A stretch of 64,000 bases of DNA from Pseudomonadota bacterium (GCA_049325255.1 JBMOMW010000026.1:7646-71645); one strand, 5' to 3'; numbered from the stretch's first letter, positions 1 through 14,090 are shown. The notes: generated by a model from the letters alone, not told the origin. Made by a program: numbers and translations.

Positions 1-112
<112 letters not shown>

Positions 113-191
113 CCGCGCTGGATCGTATCTTGAATGGTCAGTGAACGAACATTTTCCAAGCCTTGAAGTTAAGGCCAAGGAGTATCGAAAG

Positions 192-3100
192 ATGAACCAG
201 GAACTAGTAAATCTCTTCACCCCCGCAGGGCAAAAAGAGAACTTTGATCGTCTGCAAATCGCTCTGGCCAGTCCGGAGCGCATTCTGTCCTGGTCGTTCG
301 GTGAAATTAAAAAGCCGGAAACGATCAACTACCGCACGTTCAAGCCGGAGCGTGATGGTCTTTTCTGCGCCCGCATCTTCGGGCCGATCAAGGACTATGA
401 ATGTCTGTGCGGCAAATACAAGCGGATGAAGTACAAGGGCATTATCTGCGAAAAATGCAATGTTGAAGTAACCTTGTCCAAGGTCCGGCGCGAGCGCATG
501 GGCCATATCGAACTGGCGTCGCCGGTTGCGCATATCTGGTTCCTGAAATCCCTGCCAAGCCGCATCGGCCTGATGCTCGATATGACGCTGAAGGATCTGG
601 AGCGGGTATTGTATTTTGAGCAGTATGTCGTGCTTGAACCGGGCCTGACCCCGCTGAAGCCCAATATGCTTATCAACGAAGAAGAATTCCGCCGCGCGCA
701 AGATGAATATGGTGATGATGCATTTACGGTAGGTATTGGCGCCGAGGCGATCCGTGAATTATTGATGGCAATCGATCTGGTTGCCCTGCGTGACCGTTTG
801 CGCATTGAACTGTCCGAAGCGACAGGCGAAGCCAAGCCGAAAAAGATCGTCAAGCGGTTGAAGCTTGTTGAATCTTTCATCGAATCAAAAAACCGTCCCG
901 AATGGATGATCCTGACCGTTGTGCCGGTTATTCCGCCGGAACTGCGCCCGCTGGTGCCGCTGGATGGCGGCCGTTTTGCGACATCGGATCTGAATGATCT
1001 GTACCGCCGGGTGATCAACCGTAACAACCGCCTGAAGCGGCTGATGGAACTGCGCGCGCCGGATATCATTGTGCGTAACGAAAAACGCATGTTGCAGGAA
1101 TCGGTTGACGCGCTGTTTGATAATGGCCGCCGTGGCCGTGTCATTACCGGCGCGAACAAACGTCCGCTGAAATCGCTTGCCGATATGCTGAAGGGCAAGC
1201 AGGGCCGCTTCCGTCAGAACCTGCTGGGCAAGCGCGTCGATTATTCCGGCCGTTCCGTGATTGTGGTGGGGCCGGAGTTAAAGCTGCATCAGTGCGGGCT
1301 GCCGAAGAAAATGGCGCTTGAACTGTTCAAGCCGTTTATCTATTCGCAGCTAGAAGCGCGCGGGCTTTCCAGCACCGTGAAACAGGCGAAGAAGCTGGTG
1401 GAAAAAGAACGCCCCGAAGTGTGGGACGTGCTTGATCAGGTGATCCGCGAACATCCGGTTATGCTGAACCGTGCGCCGACACTGCATCGTTTGGGCATTC
1501 AGGCGTTTGAGCCGGTGCTGATCGAAGGCAAGGCAATTCAGCTTCATCCGCTGGTGTGCGCCGCATTCAATGCCGACTTTGACGGTGACCAGATGGCCGT
1601 GCATGTGCCGCTGAGCCTTGAGGCGCAGCTTGAAGCGCGCGTCCTGATGATGTCGACGAATAATATTCTGCGCCCGTCAGACGGCAAGCCGATCATCGTG
1701 CCCAGCCAGGATATCGTGCTTGGCCTTTATTACATGACCATCGAACGTCCCGGCGCACAGGGCGAAGGCATGATCTTCTCCAATCTGGGCGAGATCGAAC
1801 ACGCGCTGGCCAGTAAATCAGTAACGCTGCATTCGCCGATCAAGGCGCGTCGCGTCAGTGTTGATGCCGAAGGTAAAGAGTTTGTTGAACGTGTGGACAC
1901 CACACCGGGGCGCATGATGCTTGGGGATCTGTTGCCACGCCATCCGCAGGTGCCGTTTAGTCTTGTAAACCGCCTGTTGACGAAGCGCGACATCAGTACG
2001 GTTATCGATGTGGTCTATCGTCATGCCGGGCAAAAAGAGACGGTGCTGTTTTGCGACCGCATCATGGCGCTTGGATTCCGTCACGCCTTCAAGGCTGGTA
2101 TTTCGTTCGGCAAGGATGACATGGTGGTGCCAAAGGCCAAGACAAAAATGGTCGATGATACCCGTGCGCTGGCCAAGGAATATGAACAGCAGTATACGGA
2201 TGGTCTGATCACCCAGGGTGAAAAATACAACAAGGTCATCGACGCCTGGTCAAAATGCACCGACCGGGTAGCCGATGAAATGATGGCGGAAATTTCGAAT
2301 GCCGGTGTTGATGCGAATGGCAAGGCGAAGCCGTTGAACTCGATCTATATGATGGCGCATTCCGGTGCGCGTGGCTCCGCCGCGCAGATGAAGCAGCTTG
2401 CCGGCATGCGCGGGCTGATGGCGAAACCGTCGGGTGAAATCATCGAAACGCCGATCATCTCGAACTTCAAGGAAGGCCTTACTGTTCTTGAATATTTCAA
2501 CTCAACGCATGGCGCGCGCAAGGGCCTTGCGGATACGGCGCTGAAGACCGCCAACTCCGGTTATCTCACGCGGCGTCTGGTTGACGTGGCGCAGGATTGC
2601 ATCATCAAGGAGCAGGATTGCGGCACAAAGCGCGGCCTGAACGTATCGGCTGTTGTCGAAGGCGGCGAAATATTACAGCGGCTTGGGGATCGTATCCTTG
2701 GCCGTACCATATGTGATGACGTCATTCATCCGGTAAGCGATGCGGTTATGGCCAAGGCTGGGCAGGAGCTTAACGAAGCAACGGTTGAGTTGATCGAGGC
2801 AGCGGATATTCAAACCGTACGTATCCGCTCTGTGCTGACATGCGATTCCAAGGTTGGGGTATGCGCCAGATGTTATGGCCGTGACCTGGCCCGTGGCACA
2901 CCGGTAAATATCGGTGAAGCAGTGGGCGTCATCGCCGCGCAATCGATTGGTGAGCCGGGAACACAGCTGACCATGCGCACCTTCCATATTGGCGGCACGG
3001 CGCAGGTGGCCGAACAGTCCTTCATTGAAGCAACGCATGAAGGCGTGTTGCAGATTGAAAATAAGAATCTGGTGGCTGATCGCAATGGCCGCCAGGTCGT

Positions 3101-4418
3101 GCTCAGCCGCAACTGCATTCTGGCGATTGTCGATGATAACGGCCGTCAGCGCGCCACGCACAAAGTGCCCTATGGCACCCGCCTGCTGGTCAAGGAAGGC
3201 GGCAGGATCACCAAGGGGCTGCGCCTGTGCGAATGGGATCCCTATACGCTGCCGATCATTACGGAAAAATCCGGTACTGTTAAGTTTGTCGATCTTGTCG
3301 ATGGTATTTCTGTGCGCGATATGGTGGACGATGCAACTGGCATCACCAACAAGATCGTTATCGATTGGCGCTCTGCACCCAAGGGCGGCGATCTGAAGCC
3401 GGGTGTGGCGCTGGTCGATAAAAAGGGTATGCCCGTCAAGCTGGGCACTGGCGATCTTGATGTGCGCTATCTGCTGTCGGTGGATGCGATTCTGTCGGTT
3501 GAAGATGGCGACGAGGTTGCGGCGGGCGACGTACTGGCGCGTATTCCACGCGAAAGCGCCAAGACCCGCGACATCACCGGCGGTCTGCCCCGTGTGGCGG
3601 AACTGTTCGAGGCCCGGCGTCCTAAAGATCATGCGGTGCTGGCTGAAATGGACGGCATCGTCAAATTTGGCCGCGACTACAAGAACAAGCGCCGAATCAT
3701 TATTGAGGCGGCGGATGATCCCTCGGTGTTCAGTGAATATCTGATCCCCAAGGGCAAGCATGTGGCCGTGCAGGAGGGTGACTTCATCCGCAAGGGCGAG
3801 TTCCTGCTGGATGGCAACCCGGCCCCGCACGACATTCTGGCGATCCTGGGTGTAGAGGAGCTGGCTAACTATCTGGTGCAGGAAATCCAGGAAGTTTACC
3901 GCCTGCAGGGCGTGCCCATCAACGACAAGCATATAGAGGTGATTGTCCGCCAGATGCTGCAAAAGGCCGAGGTCACCAATCCAGGTGAAACGACCCTGCT
4001 GAAGGGCGAGCAGATCGATCGTCTGGAACTGGACGAAATCAACGAGAAAGTCGTTGCCGAAGGCCGCAAGCCGGCGGAAGCCGTTCCGGTTCTGCTGGGG
4101 ATCACCAAGGCGTCCCTGCAAACCCGCTCGTTCATCTCGGCGGCGTCCTTTCAGGAAACGACTCGCGTGCTTACCGAAGCCGCCGTGGCCGGGAAAGTCG
4201 ATTATCTCTCGGGACTTAAGGAAAACGTCATTGTTGGCCGCCTGATCCCGGCGGGTACCGGCGCCCTGATTAACGAAATGAAGGCCATCGCCATCAAGCG
4301 CGATCAGGAGATCCTGAGCGAGCAGAAAGTGGTCAAGGGGGCCATTACCAGCGCTGGCGACCAGGTCCGGGCCGACGCCGAGGCTGTCTTCGCCAAGGCT
4401 CCAGCAGCGGGTGAATAG
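192..4418 (+). CDS. rpoC: DNA-directed RNA polymerase beta' subunit
   Basis: ORF 141..4418. The conserved N-terminus MNQELVNLF begins at the ATG at 192; the in-frame ATG at 141 is a possible alternative start. Zinc-binding CxxC...CxxC near the N-terminus, catalytic NADFDGDQM motif, length about 1400 aa. Confidence 0.95.
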   Translation: MNQELVNLFTPAGQKENFDRLQIALASPERILSWSFGEIKKPETINYRTFKPERDGLFCARIFGPIKDYECLCGKYKRMKYKGIICEKCNVEVTLSKVRRERMGHIELASPVAHIWFLKSLPSRIGLMLDMTLKDLERVLYFEQYVVLEPGLTPLKPNMLINEEEFRRAQDEYGDDAFTVGIGAEAIRELLMAIDLVALRDRLRIELSEATGEAKPKKIVKRLKLVESFIESKNRPEWMILTVVPVIPPELRPLVPLDGGRFATSDLNDLYRRVINRNNRLKRLMELRAPDIIVRNEKRMLQESVDALFDNGRRGRVITGANKRPLKSLADMLKGKQGRFRQNLLGKRVDYSGRSVIVVGPELKLHQCGLPKKMALELFKPFIYSQLEARGLSSTVKQAKKLVEKERPEVWDVLDQVIREHPVMLNRAPTLHRLGIQAFEPVLIEGKAIQLHPLVCAAFNADFDGDQMAVHVPLSLEAQLEARVLMMSTNNILRPSDGKPIIVPSQDIVLGLYYMTIERPGAQGEGMIFSNLGEIEHALASKSVTLHSPIKARRVSVDAEGKEFVERVDTTPGRMMLGDLLPRHPQVPFSLVNRLLTKRDISTVIDVVYRHAGQKETVLFCDRIMALGFRHAFKAGISFGKDDMVVPKAKTKMVDDTRALAKEYEQQYTDGLITQGEKYNKVIDAWSKCTDRVADEMMAEISNAGVDANGKAKPLNSIYMMAHSGARGSAAQMKQLAGMRGLMAKPSGEIIETPIISNFKEGLTVLEYFNSTHGARKGLADTALKTANSGYLTRRLVDVAQDCIIKEQDCGTKRGLNVSAVVEGGEILQRLGDRILGRTICDDVIHPVSDAVMAKAGQELNEATVELIEAADIQTVRIRSVLTCDSKVGVCARCYGRDLARGTPVNIGEAVGVIAAQSIGEPGTQLTMRTFHIGGTAQVAEQSFIEATHEGVLQIENKNLVADRNGRQVVLSRNCILAIVDDNGRQRATHKVPYGTRLLVKEGGRITKGLRLCEWDPYTLPIITEKSGTVKFVDLVDGISVRDMVDDATGITNKIVIDWRSAPKGGDLKPGVALVDKKGMPVKLGTGDLDVRYLLSVDAILSVEDGDEVAAGDVLARIPRESAKTRDITGGLPRVAELFEARRPKDHAVLAEMDGIVKFGRDYKNKRRIIIEAADDPSVFSEYLIPKGKHVAVQEGDFIRKGEFLLDGNPAPHDILAILGVEELANYLVQEIQEVYRLQGVPINDKHIEVIVRQMLQKAEVTNPGETTLLKGEQIDRLELDEINEKVVAEGRKPAEAVPVLLGITKASLQTRSFISAASFQETTRVLTEAAVAGKVDYLSGLKENVIVGRLIPAGTGALINEMKAIAIKRDQEILSEQKVVKGAITSAGDQVRADAEAVFAKAPAAGE

Positions 4419-4467
4419 ATAAGCTTAAATAAAAACAGGCAGTGTTGAAGAAAATGCCTGTTATGGG

Positions 4468-4496
4468 TTGACGAAAGATAAAGGCGCGGATAATGT
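4468..4496 (+). promoter_or_regulatory. candidate sigma70-type promoter for the rpsL-rpsG-fusA-tuf (str) operon: TTGACG, 17-bp spacer, TAATGT. The -10 sits in the loop of a perfect inverted repeat GCGCGGA-N5-TCCGCGC (4484-4502).
   Basis: Hexamers read directly from the sequence in the 289-bp rpoC-rpsL gap. Spacing was counted by hand. Confidence 0.35.
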
Positions 4497-4707
4497 CCGC
4501 GCACTTTCAGGCCATGGTCGTAGGGACCGAATCTTCGGAACCTAAACACTGTCCGGAAGCGAAATAGAAGAGTTTTGGCGCATGAGCGGGTGAACAGCCC
4601 GTTCCTCTGCAAGTATCCCAGGATAGGGACGGCAAGTGTCGTCCTCTGTCCTGCTTGTGATTTTTGTTATTGTTTTTGTTGCTCTAGGACATGGGAAAGC
4701 GATCTTA

Positions 4708-5573
<866 letters not shown>

Positions 5574-5601
5574 TCAATTTAAAGTCTGAAGGTTCCCGAT
5601 C

Positions 5602-7677
5602 ATGTCCCGTAAAACCCCACTCGAACATTACCGTAATATCGGCATTATGGCGCATATTGACGCCGGAAAGACGACGACGACGGAACGTATCCTGTATTAT
5701 ACCGGGGTCAGCCACAAGATCGGCGAAGTGCATGAAGGCGCGGCGACGATGGACTGGATGGAGCAGGAACAGGAACGCGGCATCACCATTACTTCGGCGG
5801 CCACAACCTGCTTCTGGCGCGACTATCGCATCAATATTATCGACACCCCCGGCCATGTGGATTTTACCATTGAAGTAGAGCGCAGTCTGCGCGTGCTTGA
5901 TGGCGCGGTGGCGGTGTTTGACTCGGTTGCCGGTGTTGAGCCGCAATCCGAAACCGTCTGGCGTCAGGCCGACAAATATAGTGTTCCGCGCATTTGCTTC
6001 GTGAACAAGATGGATCGTATCGGCGCGGATTTCTATCGCTGCGTCGAAATGATCAAGGACCGTCTGGGCGCCATTCCGGCGGTGCTGCAATTGCCGATCG
6101 GATCGGAATCCGCGTTTGTCGGCGTTGTCGATCTGCTGAATAACCGGGCCATCATCTGGAAAGATGAAAGCCTTGGCGCCGAATTTGAATATGTCGCAAT
6201 TCCCGCCGACATGGCGGACGAAGCTGCCGACTATCGCGCCCAACTGGTTGAGCTGGTGGTTGAACAGGATGAAGCCGCACTCGAAGCCTATCTTGAAGGC
6301 ACGGAACCCAGCGTGGAAGCATTACTGGCCTGTATCCGCAAGGGTACTGTTGGCGGCAAGTTCGTTCCGGTAATTTGTGGCTCCGCGTTCAAGAACAAGG
6401 GCGTGCAGACATTGCTGGATGCGGCCGTTGATTTTCTGCCCTCGCCTCTGGATGTTCCCTTTATCCAGGGTACCGTGCCGGATTCGGACGAAGTCGTAGA
6501 ACGTCGCCCCGATGATGCAGAGCCAGTAGCGGCCCTTGCATTCAAGGTAATGAATGATCCGTTTGTGGGCTCGCTGACATTCGTGCGGCTTTATTCCGGT
6601 ACGCTGGAAGCGGGCATGACGGTGCTGAATTCGCGCCGCGGCCATCGCGAACGGATTGGCCGGATGCTGCAAATGCATGCGGACAAGCGCGAAGAAGTCA
6701 AGACAGCAGTTGCTGGTGATATTGTGGCGCTGGCAGGTCTGAAAAACACTATTACCGGTGATACGCTTTGCGATACGGTCAAGGTGGCCATCCTGGAAAG
6801 CATGGAATTCCCGGACCCGGTTATCGAAGTGGCTGTCGAACCAAAGACAAAAGCCGATCAGGAAAAAATGGGCGTCGCGCTCAATCGGCTGGCCCAGGAA
6901 GACCCTTCCTTCCGCGTCTCCAGCGATCCGGAATCCGGCCAGACCATCATCAAGGGCATGGGCGAACTGCATCTCGATATTATCGTTGATCGCATGCGCC
7001 GCGAGTTCAAGGTTGAAGCGAATGTAGGCGCGCCGCAGGTGGCGTATCGCGAAACAATTAACAAGACTGTCGAGGTCGATTACACCCACAAAAAGCAGAC
7101 CGGTGGTTCGGGTCAGTTTGCCCGCATCAAGATTCGTCTGGAACCGTTGGAGCCAGGTGGCGGCGAGCATTTCGAAAACAAGGTTGTCGGCGGTTCGGTG
7201 CCGCGTGAATATGTGCCCGGCGTCGAGAAGGGTGTTATGAGCGTGAAGGATAGCGGCGTTCTCGCTGGTTTTCCGGTTATCGATTTTCAGGTCACGTTGC
7301 TCGATGGCGCCAGCCATGACGTGGACTCCAGCGTGCTGGCGTTTGAAATTGCGGCGCGCGCTGCGTTCCGTGAAGCAGTGCAAAAGGCCGATCCGAAATT
7401 GCTTGAACCAATCATGCGGGTCGAAGTGGTGACGCCGGAAGATTATATGGGCGACGTGATCGGCGATCTGAACAGCCGCCGTGGCCAGATTGGCGGTACG
7501 GAATCGCGCGGCAATGCCGCCGTCATCAAGGCGATGGTGCCGCTCGCCAACATGTTTGGCTATGTGAACAATTTGCGCTCCATGAGCCAGGGACGCGCGC
7601 AATACACAATGCACTTTGACCACTATGAAGCCGTGCCGCAGCACGTTTCGGCAGAGGTCATTGCAAAACTGGCGTAA
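5602..7677 (+). CDS. fusA: elongation factor G
   Basis: 691-aa ORF. GTPase motifs AHIDAGKTT and DTPGHVDF. Conserved str-operon position. Confidence 0.95.
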   Translation: MSRKTPLEHYRNIGIMAHIDAGKTTTTERILYYTGVSHKIGEVHEGAATMDWMEQEQERGITITSAATTCFWRDYRINIIDTPGHVDFTIEVERSLRVLDGAVAVFDSVAGVEPQSETVWRQADKYSVPRICFVNKMDRIGADFYRCVEMIKDRLGAIPAVLQLPIGSESAFVGVVDLLNNRAIIWKDESLGAEFEYVAIPADMADEAADYRAQLVELVVEQDEAALEAYLEGTEPSVEALLACIRKGTVGGKFVPVICGSAFKNKGVQTLLDAAVDFLPSPLDVPFIQGTVPDSDEVVERRPDDAEPVAALAFKVMNDPFVGSLTFVRLYSGTLEAGMTVLNSRRGHRERIGRMLQMHADKREEVKTAVAGDIVALAGLKNTITGDTLCDTVKVAILESMEFPDPVIEVAVEPKTKADQEKMGVALNRLAQEDPSFRVSSDPESGQTIIKGMGELHLDIIVDRMRREFKVEANVGAPQVAYRETINKTVEVDYTHKKQTGGSGQFARIKIRLEPLEPGGGEHFENKVVGGSVPREYVPGVEKGVMSVKDSGVLAGFPVIDFQVTLLDGASHDVDSSVLAFEIAARAAFREAVQKADPKLLEPIMRVEVVTPEDYMGDVIGDLNSRRGQIGGTESRGNAAVIKAMVPLANMFGYVNNLRSMSQGRAQYTMHFDHYEAVPQHVSAEVIAKLA

Positions 7678-7748
7678 TAATTTGTCCATTCAACGGACAG
7701 CAGGTTAAGGACTGGAACCTCAGGGTTCCCAAAGCGGAGACAAAGAAC

Positions 7749-8939
7749 ATGTCGAAAGAGAAGTTTGCGCGCACGAAGCCGCATTGCAACATTGGCACGA
7801 TTGGGCATGTTGACCACGGCAAGACGTCATTGACGGCGGCGATTACGAAGGTTCTGGCCGAGACGGGCGGGGCGACGTATACGGCGTATGACCAGATTGA
7901 CAAGGCGCCGGAAGAAAAGGCGCGTGGGATCACGATATCGACGGCGCATGTTGAATATGAAACGGTGAACCGGCATTACGCGCATGTGGATTGCCCTGGC
8001 CATGCGGACTATGTGAAGAACATGATCACGGGTGCTGCGCAGATGGATGGGGGCATTCTGGTTGTGTCGGCGGCCGATGGCCCGATGCCGCAGACGCGCG
8101 AGCATATTCTTCTGGCGCGTCAGGTTGGGGTGCCTTCGCTTGTGGTATTCATGAACAAGGTGGATCAGGTGGACGATCCGGAACTTCTGGAGCTGGTTGA
8201 GCTGGAGATCCGCGAACTTCTGTCGAGCTATGATTATCCTGGCGATGATATTCCGATCATCAAGGGTTCTGCGCTTGCAGCGCTGGAAGGCAAGAATCCG
8301 GAGATTGGGCATGATGCGATTCTGGAGCTGATGAAGGCTGTTGACAGCTATATTCCGCAGCCGGAGCGTCCGAAGGACCGTCCGTTCCTGATGCCGATTG
8401 AAGACGTGTTTTCGATTTCGGGCCGTGGCACGGTTGTGACGGGCCGTGTGGAACAGGGCGTTGTCAAGGTCGGCGAGGAAGTCGAGATTGTAGGCCTGAA
8501 GCCGACGCAGAAGACGGTTTGCACGGGCGTTGAGATGTTCCGCAAGCTTCTGGATCAGGGCGAGGCGGGCGACAATATCGGCGCGCTGCTGCGGGGCATT
8601 GACCGTGAAGGTGTTGAGCGCGGCCAGGTTCTGGCCAAGCCCGGCTCGATTACGCCGCACACGAATTTCAAGGCGGAAGCCTATATTCTGACGAAGGAAG
8701 AAGGTGGCCGTCACACGCCGTTCTTCAACAATTACCGTCCGCAGTTTTATTTCCGCACGACGGACGTGACGGGTGTTGTGACGCTTCCGGAAGGCACCGA
8801 GATGGTGATGCCGGGCGACAATGTTACGATGGATGTTGAACTGATTGTTGCGATCGCCATGGACGAAGGCCTTCGCTTCGCCATCCGCGAAGGCGGCCGC
8901 ACCGTCGGCGCCGGCGTCGTCGCAAAAATCATTAAATAA
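7749..8939 (+). CDS. tuf: elongation factor Tu
   Basis: 396-aa [19 protein letters not shown] and NKVD motifs. Follows fusA. Confidence 0.95.
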   Translation: MSKEKFARTKPHCNIGTIGHVDHGKTSLTAAITKVLAETGGATYTAYDQIDKAPEEKARGITISTAHVEYETVNRHYAHVDCPGHADYVKNMITGAAQMDGGILVVSAADGPMPQTREHILLARQVGVPSLVVFMNKVDQVDDPELLELVELEIRELLSSYDYPGDDIPIIKGSALAALEGKNPEIGHDAILELMKAVDSYIPQPERPKDRPFLMPIEDVFSISGRGTVVTGRVEQGVVKVGEEVEIVGLKPTQKTVCTGVEMFRKLLDQGEAGDNIGALLRGIDREGVERGQVLAKPGSITPHTNFKAEAYILTKEEGGRHTPFFNNYRPQFYFRTTDVTGVVTLPEGTEMVMPGDNVTMDVELIVAIAMDEGLRFAIREGGRTVGAGVVAKIIK

Positions 8940-8953
8940 GGACGGCGTAGCCA

Positions 8954-9262
8954 ATGCAAAACCAGAATATCCGTATCCGGTTGAAGGCTTTCGAGCATCG
9001 CGTGCTCGATCAGTCAACCAAGGATATCGTGAACACCGCCAAGCGCACAGGTGCGACAGTACGTGGTCCGATTCCTCTGCCGACCAGGATTGAGAAATTC
9101 ACGGTGCTGCGTGGGCCGCACGTTGATAAGAAAAGCCGCGAGCAGTTTGAAGTGCGTACGCACAAAAGATTACTCGATATCGTTGATCCGACACCACAAA
9201 CAGTGGACGCGCTCATGAAGCTCGACCTGGCTGCCGGTGTGGATGTGGAAATTAAGCTTTAA
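8954..9262 (+). CDS. rpsJ: 30S ribosomal protein S10
   Basis: 102-aa [18 protein letters not shown].., typical S10. First gene of the S10 operon. Confidence 0.95.
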   Translation: MQNQNIRIRLKAFEHRVLDQSTKDIVNTAKRTGATVRGPIPLPTRIEKFTVLRGPHVDKKSREQFEVRTHKRLLDIVDPTPQTVDALMKLDLAAGVDVEIKL

Positions 9263-9274
9263 GCAGGTGAAGAA

Positions 9275-9994
9275 ATGCGTTCTGGTGTGATTGCCCAGAA
9301 AATCGGCATGACCCGCGTCTTCAAAGATGATGGGCGGCATGTTCCGGTGACGGTTCTGAAGATGGATAACTGTCAGGTTGTCCGTCAGCGCACTGTTGAC
9401 GGCGACGGTTATACCGCGGTGCAGCTTGGCGCTGTTGCGGCGAAACCGAAGAATGTCACAAAGCCGATGCGGGGACATTTTGCGGCGGCCAATGTAGAGC
9501 CGAAGCGCAAGGTCGTGGAGTTCCGGGTTTCCCCGGAAAATCTGCTTGACGTTGGTGCAGAAATTACGGCCGGGCATTTTGTCATTGGTCAATATGTGGA
9601 TGTGTCCGGCACGAGCATCGGCAAGGGTTTTGCCGGCGTTATGAAACGGCATAATTTTGGCGGTATGCCCGCCAGCCACGGCGTATCGATTACGCACCGC
9701 GCCCATGGTTCGACCGGTCAACGCCAGGATCCAGGCAAGGTGTTCAAGGGCAAGAAGATGGCCGGGCATATGGGCGATGTTCGCGTCACCACCCAGAATC
9801 TGGAAGTGGTGGCGACGGATGTAGCGCGCGGTATTTTGATGATCAAGGGGGCGGTGCCGGGCGCCAAAGGCGGCTTTGTGCTGGTGCGTGATGCGGTTAA
9901 GCGCGCACTGCCCGAGGGTGTGCCGATGCCCGGTGCGGTTCGCGGCGGTAATAGCGCGGCAGCACCTGTAGAACAGAAGGAAGAAAGCGCATGA
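9275..9994 (+). CDS. rplC: 50S ribosomal protein L3
   Basis: 239-aa [20 protein letters not shown]-terminus. Position after rpsJ. Confidence 0.93.
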   Translation: MRSGVIAQKIGMTRVFKDDGRHVPVTVLKMDNCQVVRQRTVDGDGYTAVQLGAVAAKPKNVTKPMRGHFAAANVEPKRKVVEFRVSPENLLDVGAEITAGHFVIGQYVDVSGTSIGKGFAGVMKRHNFGGMPASHGVSITHRAHGSTGQRQDPGKVFKGKKMAGHMGDVRVTTQNLEVVATDVARGILMIKGAVPGAKGGFVLVRDAVKRALPEGVPMPGAVRGGNSAAAPVEQKEESA

Positions 9995-10611
9995 AGGCCG
10001 AGGTAAAAAATCTCGATGCCAGCAATGCAGGCGATATCGAGTTGGCAGACGGCATCTTTGCGCTGGAACCACGCGCCGACATTCTGCACCGTATGGTGGT
10101 GTATCAACTCGCCAAACGGCGTGCGGGTACGCACAAGGTAAAGAACCGCAGCGAAATTAATATGACCACCAAAAAGTTTGGCAAGCAAAAGGGTGGTGGT
10201 ACGGCGCGTCACGGTGCGCGTTCGGCAAATATCTTCCGTGGCGGCGGCGTTGCGCACGGGCCAACCCCGCGCAGTCACGCAACGGATCTGCCGAAGAAAG
10301 TTCGCAAGCTCGCGCTGCGTCATGCACTGTCGGCAAAGGTGCAGGATCAGTCGCTGTTCATTCTCGAAGACGCCAAGCTGGGCTCGGCAAAGACAAGCGG
10401 CCTTCGCGATGTGCTGGTCAAGCTGGGTTTCAGCAATGCGCTGTTCATTGACGGGACAGAAGTGGACGCAAATTTCCTGATGGCCGCACGCAATTTGCCA
10501 AATGTGGATGTGCTGCCAAGTCAGGGTGCGAATGTGTATGACATTCTGCGTCGCGACAAGCTGGTGCTGACCCGCGCAGCCGTCGCACAATTGGAGGAAC
10601 GCCTGAAATGA
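9991..10611 (+). CDS. rplD: 50S ribosomal protein L4
   Basis: 206-aa ORF. 4-nt overlap with rplC. Operon order L3-L4-L23. Confidence 0.9.
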   Translation: MKAEVKNLDASNAGDIELADGIFALEPRADILHRMVVYQLAKRRAGTHKVKNRSEINMTTKKFGKQKGGGTARHGARSANIFRGGGVAHGPTPRSHATDLPKKVRKLALRHALSAKVQDQSLFILEDAKLGSAKTSGLRDVLVKLGFSNALFIDGTEVDANFLMAARNLPNVDVLPSQGANVYDILRRDKLVLTRAAVAQLEERLK

Positions 10612-10901
10612 ACCGGGAGCGGATGTACGATATTATTCTTAGCCCGGTGATTACCGAAAAGGCGACGATGGCGAGCGAGCACAATCAGGTGACGTTTCGT
10701 GTGGCGAATGACGCCACCAAGCCGGAAATCAAACAGGCCGTTGAGAAACTGTTTGATGTCAAGGTGAAGGCGGTGAATACGCTTCGCCAGATTGGCAAAG
10801 TAAAGCGTTTCCGGGGCAAACTTGGAAAGCGCAGTGATTATAAGAAGGCCATCGTCAGCCTGGCGGATGGTCATTCTATTGATGTAACGACGGGGCTTTA
10901 G
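10608..10901 (+). CDS. rplW: 50S ribosomal protein L23
   Basis: 97-aa ORF. ATGA overlap with rplD. Operon position. Confidence 0.9.
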   Translation: MNRERMYDIILSPVITEKATMASEHNQVTFRVANDATKPEIKQAVEKLFDVKVKAVNTLRQIGKVKRFRGKLGKRSDYKKAIVSLADGHSIDVTTGL

Positions 10902-10910
10902 GGTGCGGCA

Positions 10911-11747
10911 ATGGCGTTAAAAGCATATAAACCGACAACACCGGGCCAACGCGGCCTGGTGCTTGTCAGCCGCGAAGGGCTTTGGAAGGGCAAGCCGGTC
11001 AAATCTTTGACCGAAGGCCTGACTAAAAGTGGCGGCCGGAATAATTCGGGCAGGATTACTGCGTTCCAGCGCGGTGGCGGGCATAAGCGCTCCTATCGCA
11101 TGGTTGACTTCAAGCGGCGCAAATTCGATGTGTCTGCGACGGTTGAGCGTCTGGAATATGATCCTAATCGCACAGCCTTCATTGCGCTGGTCAATTATGA
11201 TGATGGCGAGCAGGCATATATTTTGGCGCCGCAACGTTTGAAGGCGGGTGACAAGGTTGTTGCCGGCAACAAGGTTGACATCAAGCCAGGCAATGCGATG
11301 CCGCTGGCCAGCATGCCGATCGGCACCATCGTCCATAATGTCGAAATCAAAGTCGGCAAGGGCGGGCAGATCGCACGTTCGGCGGGTACTTATGCGCAAT
11401 TGGTTGGCCGGGATTCCGGTTATGCCCAACTGCGGTTATCGTCAGGCGAACAGCGTATTATCCGGGCCGAGTGCATGGCGACCGTGGGTGCGGTTTCCAA
11501 TCCGGATAATTCGAACCAGAATTTTGGCAAGGCAGGACGTACCCGCTGGAAAGGCCGCAGGCCTTCTGTGCGTGGTGTCGCGATGAACCCGGTGGATCAC
11601 CCGCATGGCGGCGGCGAAGGCCGCACCTCTGGCGGCCGTCATCCGGTTACGCCGTGGGGTAAGCCGACCAAAGGCAAGAAGACACGTTCCAACAAGGCGA
11701 CCGACAAGTATATCTTGCGCAGCCGTCATCTGAAGAAGGGGCGCTAG
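10911..11747 (+). CDS. rplB: 50S ribosomal protein L2
   Basis: 278-aa ORF with conserved C-terminal GGGEGR..RHP region typical of L2. Confidence 0.95.
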   Translation: MALKAYKPTTPGQRGLVLVSREGLWKGKPVKSLTEGLTKSGGRNNSGRITAFQRGGGHKRSYRMVDFKRRKFDVSATVERLEYDPNRTAFIALVNYDDGEQAYILAPQRLKAGDKVVAGNKVDIKPGNAMPLASMPIGTIVHNVEIKVGKGGQIARSAGTYAQLVGRDSGYAQLRLSSGEQRIIRAECMATVGAVSNPDNSNQNFGKAGRTRWKGRRPSVRGVAMNPVDHPHGGGEGRTSGGRHPVTPWGKPTKGKKTRSNKATDKYILRSRHLKKGR

Positions 11748-11750
11748 GCC

Positions 11751-12029
11751 GTGACACGTTCCGTATGGAAAGGCCCGTTCGTCGATGGGTATCTGTTAAA
11801 GAAAGCCGAAACTGCACGTTCGGCGGCACGCAAGGAAGTGATCAAGACCTGGTCACGCCGTTCGACAATTCTGCCCCAGTTCGTTGGGCTGACATTTGGC
11901 GTCTATAATGGACACAAGTTTATTCCGGTATCGGTCAGCGAAGAAATGGTGGGTCATAAGCTTGGCGAATTTTCACCGACGCGGACCTATTTCGGTCATA
12001 CGGCGGACAAAAAGGCAAAGAGGAAATAA
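11751..12029 (+). CDS. rpsS: 30S ribosomal protein S19
   Basis: 92-aa ORF with GTG start 3 nt after the rplB stop. [12 protein letters not shown]-terminus typical of S19. Confidence 0.93.
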   Translation: MTRSVWKGPFVDGYLLKKAETARSAARKEVIKTWSRRSTILPQFVGLTFGVYNGHKFIPVSVSEEMVGHKLGEFSPTRTYFGHTADKKAKRK

Positions 12030-12409
12030 TGAGCAAGCTGGCGCGTCCCAGAGGTCTTGCGGAAAATGAAGCCCAGGCGATTGGGCGGATGATCCGCATC
12101 AGCCCGCAGAAGCTTAATTTGGTTGCTGGCGGCATTCGCGGCATGCATGTCGAGAAGGCATTGGCGGAGCTTACCTTTTCGCATCGCCGTATTGCGCAGG
12201 ATGTGAAAAAGGTGTTGCAGTCCGCCATTGCCAATGCTGAAAATAACCATGGGCTGGATATGGATAGTCTGTACGTAAAAGAAGCGTCGGTCGGCAAGGC
12301 GCTGGTGATCAAGCGGTTTCATCCGCGCGCGCGCGGGCGTTCCGGCCGTGTGGAAAAACCGTTTAGCCACCTGACCATTGTGGTCCGTGAGCGTGAGGAG
12401 ACTGCCTGA
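12029..12409 (+). CDS. rplV: 50S ribosomal protein L22
   Basis: 126-aa ORF. Overlaps the rpsS stop. Operon position. Confidence 0.9.
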   Translation: MSKLARPRGLAENEAQAIGRMIRISPQKLNLVAGGIRGMHVEKALAELTFSHRRIAQDVKKVLQSAIANAENNHGLDMDSLYVKEASVGKALVIKRFHPRARGRSGRVEKPFSHLTIVVREREETA

Positions 12410-13179
12410 TGGGCCATAAGGTAAATCCGATCGGCTTGCGTGTCGGTATCAACCGCACCTGGGATTCGCGCTGGTATGCTGAAGGCAAGGCCTATGGCGA
12501 TCTGCTGCATGAGGATATTCGTATCCGCCAGGTGCTGTCGAAGCGTCTGGTGCTGGCGGGTGTTTCTCGCATTCAGATTGAGCGCCCACACCGCAAATGC
12601 CGCGTAACGATTTTCTCGGCGCGCCCCGGTGTGGTCATTGGCAAAAAAGGCGCGGACATTGAAAAGCTGCGTCTGGAATTATCGCAACTGACGGCAAGCG
12701 AAGTTCATCTGAATATCGTTGAAATCCGCAAGCCGGAAATTGACGCGAAACTGGTCGCGGAAAATATTGCACAGCAGCTGGAACGTCGCGTTTCGTTCCG
12801 TCGCGCCATGAAGCGTGCGGTGCAGTCTTCGATGCGGCTGGGTGCGCAAGGCATTAAAGTGAATTGCGCCGGTCGTCTTGGCGGCGCCGAAATTGCCCGT
12901 ACCGAATGGTATCATGAAGGCCGGGTGCCGCTGCATACACTGCGTGCGGATATTGATTACGGCGTTGCCACGGCGCAAACCGCTTATGGCGCCTGCGGGA
13001 TTAAGGTGTGGGTGTTCAAGGGCGAAATTCTGGAACATGATCCGATGGCCCAGGATAGCCGCATGGCGGCGGCACAGGAAGGCGCGCGTCCGCCCCGGCC
13101 CGCCGGTGGCGGAAGGCCGGATCGGGATAATAGGGATAATCGTGATCGCGGGGATCGTAGCCGCGCAGATCGCGATTAG
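12409..13179 (+). CDS. rpsC: 30S ribosomal protein S3 (with Asp/Arg-rich low-complexity C-terminal tail)
   Basis: 256-aa ORF with [14 protein letters not shown]-terminus and KH domain. The C-terminus ends in [19 protein letters not shown], encoded by short tandem repeats. Confidence 0.95.
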   Translation: MGHKVNPIGLRVGINRTWDSRWYAEGKAYGDLLHEDIRIRQVLSKRLVLAGVSRIQIERPHRKCRVTIFSARPGVVIGKKGADIEKLRLELSQLTASEVHLNIVEIRKPEIDAKLVAENIAQQLERRVSFRRAMKRAVQSSMRLGAQGIKVNCAGRLGGAEIARTEWYHEGRVPLHTLRADIDYGVATAQTAYGACGIKVWVFKGEILEHDPMAQDSRMAAAQEGARPPRPAGGGRPDRDNRDNRDRGDRSRADRD

Positions 13180-13210
13180 GCAAACGCGGACAAGGTAAAA
13201 GGCAAGAGCA

Positions 13211-13621
13211 ATGTTACAGCCAAAACGGACAAAATTTCGTAAGGCGCATAAAGGCCGCATCAAGGGCGTCGCCAAAGCTGGCTTCACCCTGAACTTCGGT
13301 GGTTATGGGCTTAAGGCGATGGAGCCGGACCGGGTCACTGCACGCCAGATTGAAGCGGCGCGCCGTGCGATCACCCGTCACATGAAACGTGCGGGCAGGG
13401 TATGGATACGTATTTTCCCGGATGTTCCGGTGAGTAAGAAGCCGACCGAAGTGCGCATGGGTAAAGGTAAGGGAACGCCGGAATTTTGGGCGGTCCGGAT
13501 TAAACCCGGACGCATTATGTTTGAAATCGACGGGGTGCCGGAACCATTGGCGCGCGAAGCGCTGCGGTTAGGGGCCATGAAATTGCCGATCAAAACCCGT
13601 GTGGTTGGCCGGACGCTATAG
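13211..13621 (+). CDS. rplP: 50S ribosomal protein L16
   Basis: 136-aa ORF with [17 protein letters not shown]-terminus. Confidence 0.95.
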   Translation: MLQPKRTKFRKAHKGRIKGVAKAGFTLNFGGYGLKAMEPDRVTARQIEAARRAITRHMKRAGRVWIRIFPDVPVSKKPTEVRMGKGKGTPEFWAVRIKPGRIMFEIDGVPEPLAREALRLGAMKLPIKTRVVGRTL

Positions 13622-13632
13622 AGGTGATGCTG

Positions 13633-13851
13633 ATGAAGGCCGCAGAGTTGCGAGATAAAACAGCCGACCAGTTGAAGGATGAAGTCCTGAAACTGAAGAA
13701 GGAGCAGTTCAATATGCGCTTTCAAAAGGCTACAGGACAGCTGGAAAACACTGCCCAGGTGGGTAAGGTGCGCCGTAATATTGCGCGGATGAAAACGATA
13801 CTTAATGAACAGGCGGCGAAAGCCGGGCCTGGCCGCGCAGGGAGCAAGTAA
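13633..13851 (+). CDS. rpmC: 50S ribosomal protein L29
   Basis: ORF 13624..13851. The conserved [10 protein letters not shown] start is the ATG at 13633. The in-frame GTG at 13624 and ATG at 13627 are alternatives. Confidence 0.9.
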   Translation: MKAAELRDKTADQLKDEVLKLKKEQFNMRFQKATGQLENTAQVGKVRRNIARMKTILNEQAAKAGPGRAGSK

Positions 13852-13853
13852 AT

Positions 13854-14090
13854 ATGCCAAAGCGTATCCTGCAAGGTGTCGTGGTTAGCGACAAGGGCAA
13901 CAAGACTGTGGTGGTAAAAGTAGAACGCCGCTTTCCCGATCCAGTAATGGGAAAGACTGTGCGGCGTTCAAAAAAGTACCATGCACATGACGAGAACAAT
14001 AGTTTTTCGGTTGGTGAAAATGTGCGGATAAGGGAATGCCGCCCAATTTCAAAGACCAAGAGTTGGGAGGTAATCGGGAACGACGCCTGA
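13854..14090 (+). CDS. rpsQ: 30S ribosomal protein S17
   Basis: 78-aa ORF. Last gene of the S10 operon block. Confidence 0.9.
   Translation: MPKRILQGVVVSDKGNKTVVVKVERRFPDPVMGKTVRRSKKYHAHDENNSFSVGENVRIRECRPISKTKSWEVIGNDA

Noticed and set aside
2673-4121. Long antisense ORFs inside essential genes. Examples: 482 aa opposite rpoC; 455 aa at 6322-7689 opposite fusA; 396 aa at 7827-9017 opposite tuf; 413 aa at 35379-36620 opposite aspS; 349 aa at 38698-39747 opposite nrdJ.
   Set aside because: These are typical artefacts of high-GC codon bias (few stop codons in antisense frames). Their translations are low-complexity Arg/Ala/Gly-rich with no recognisable motifs. The sense-strand genes are unambiguous.
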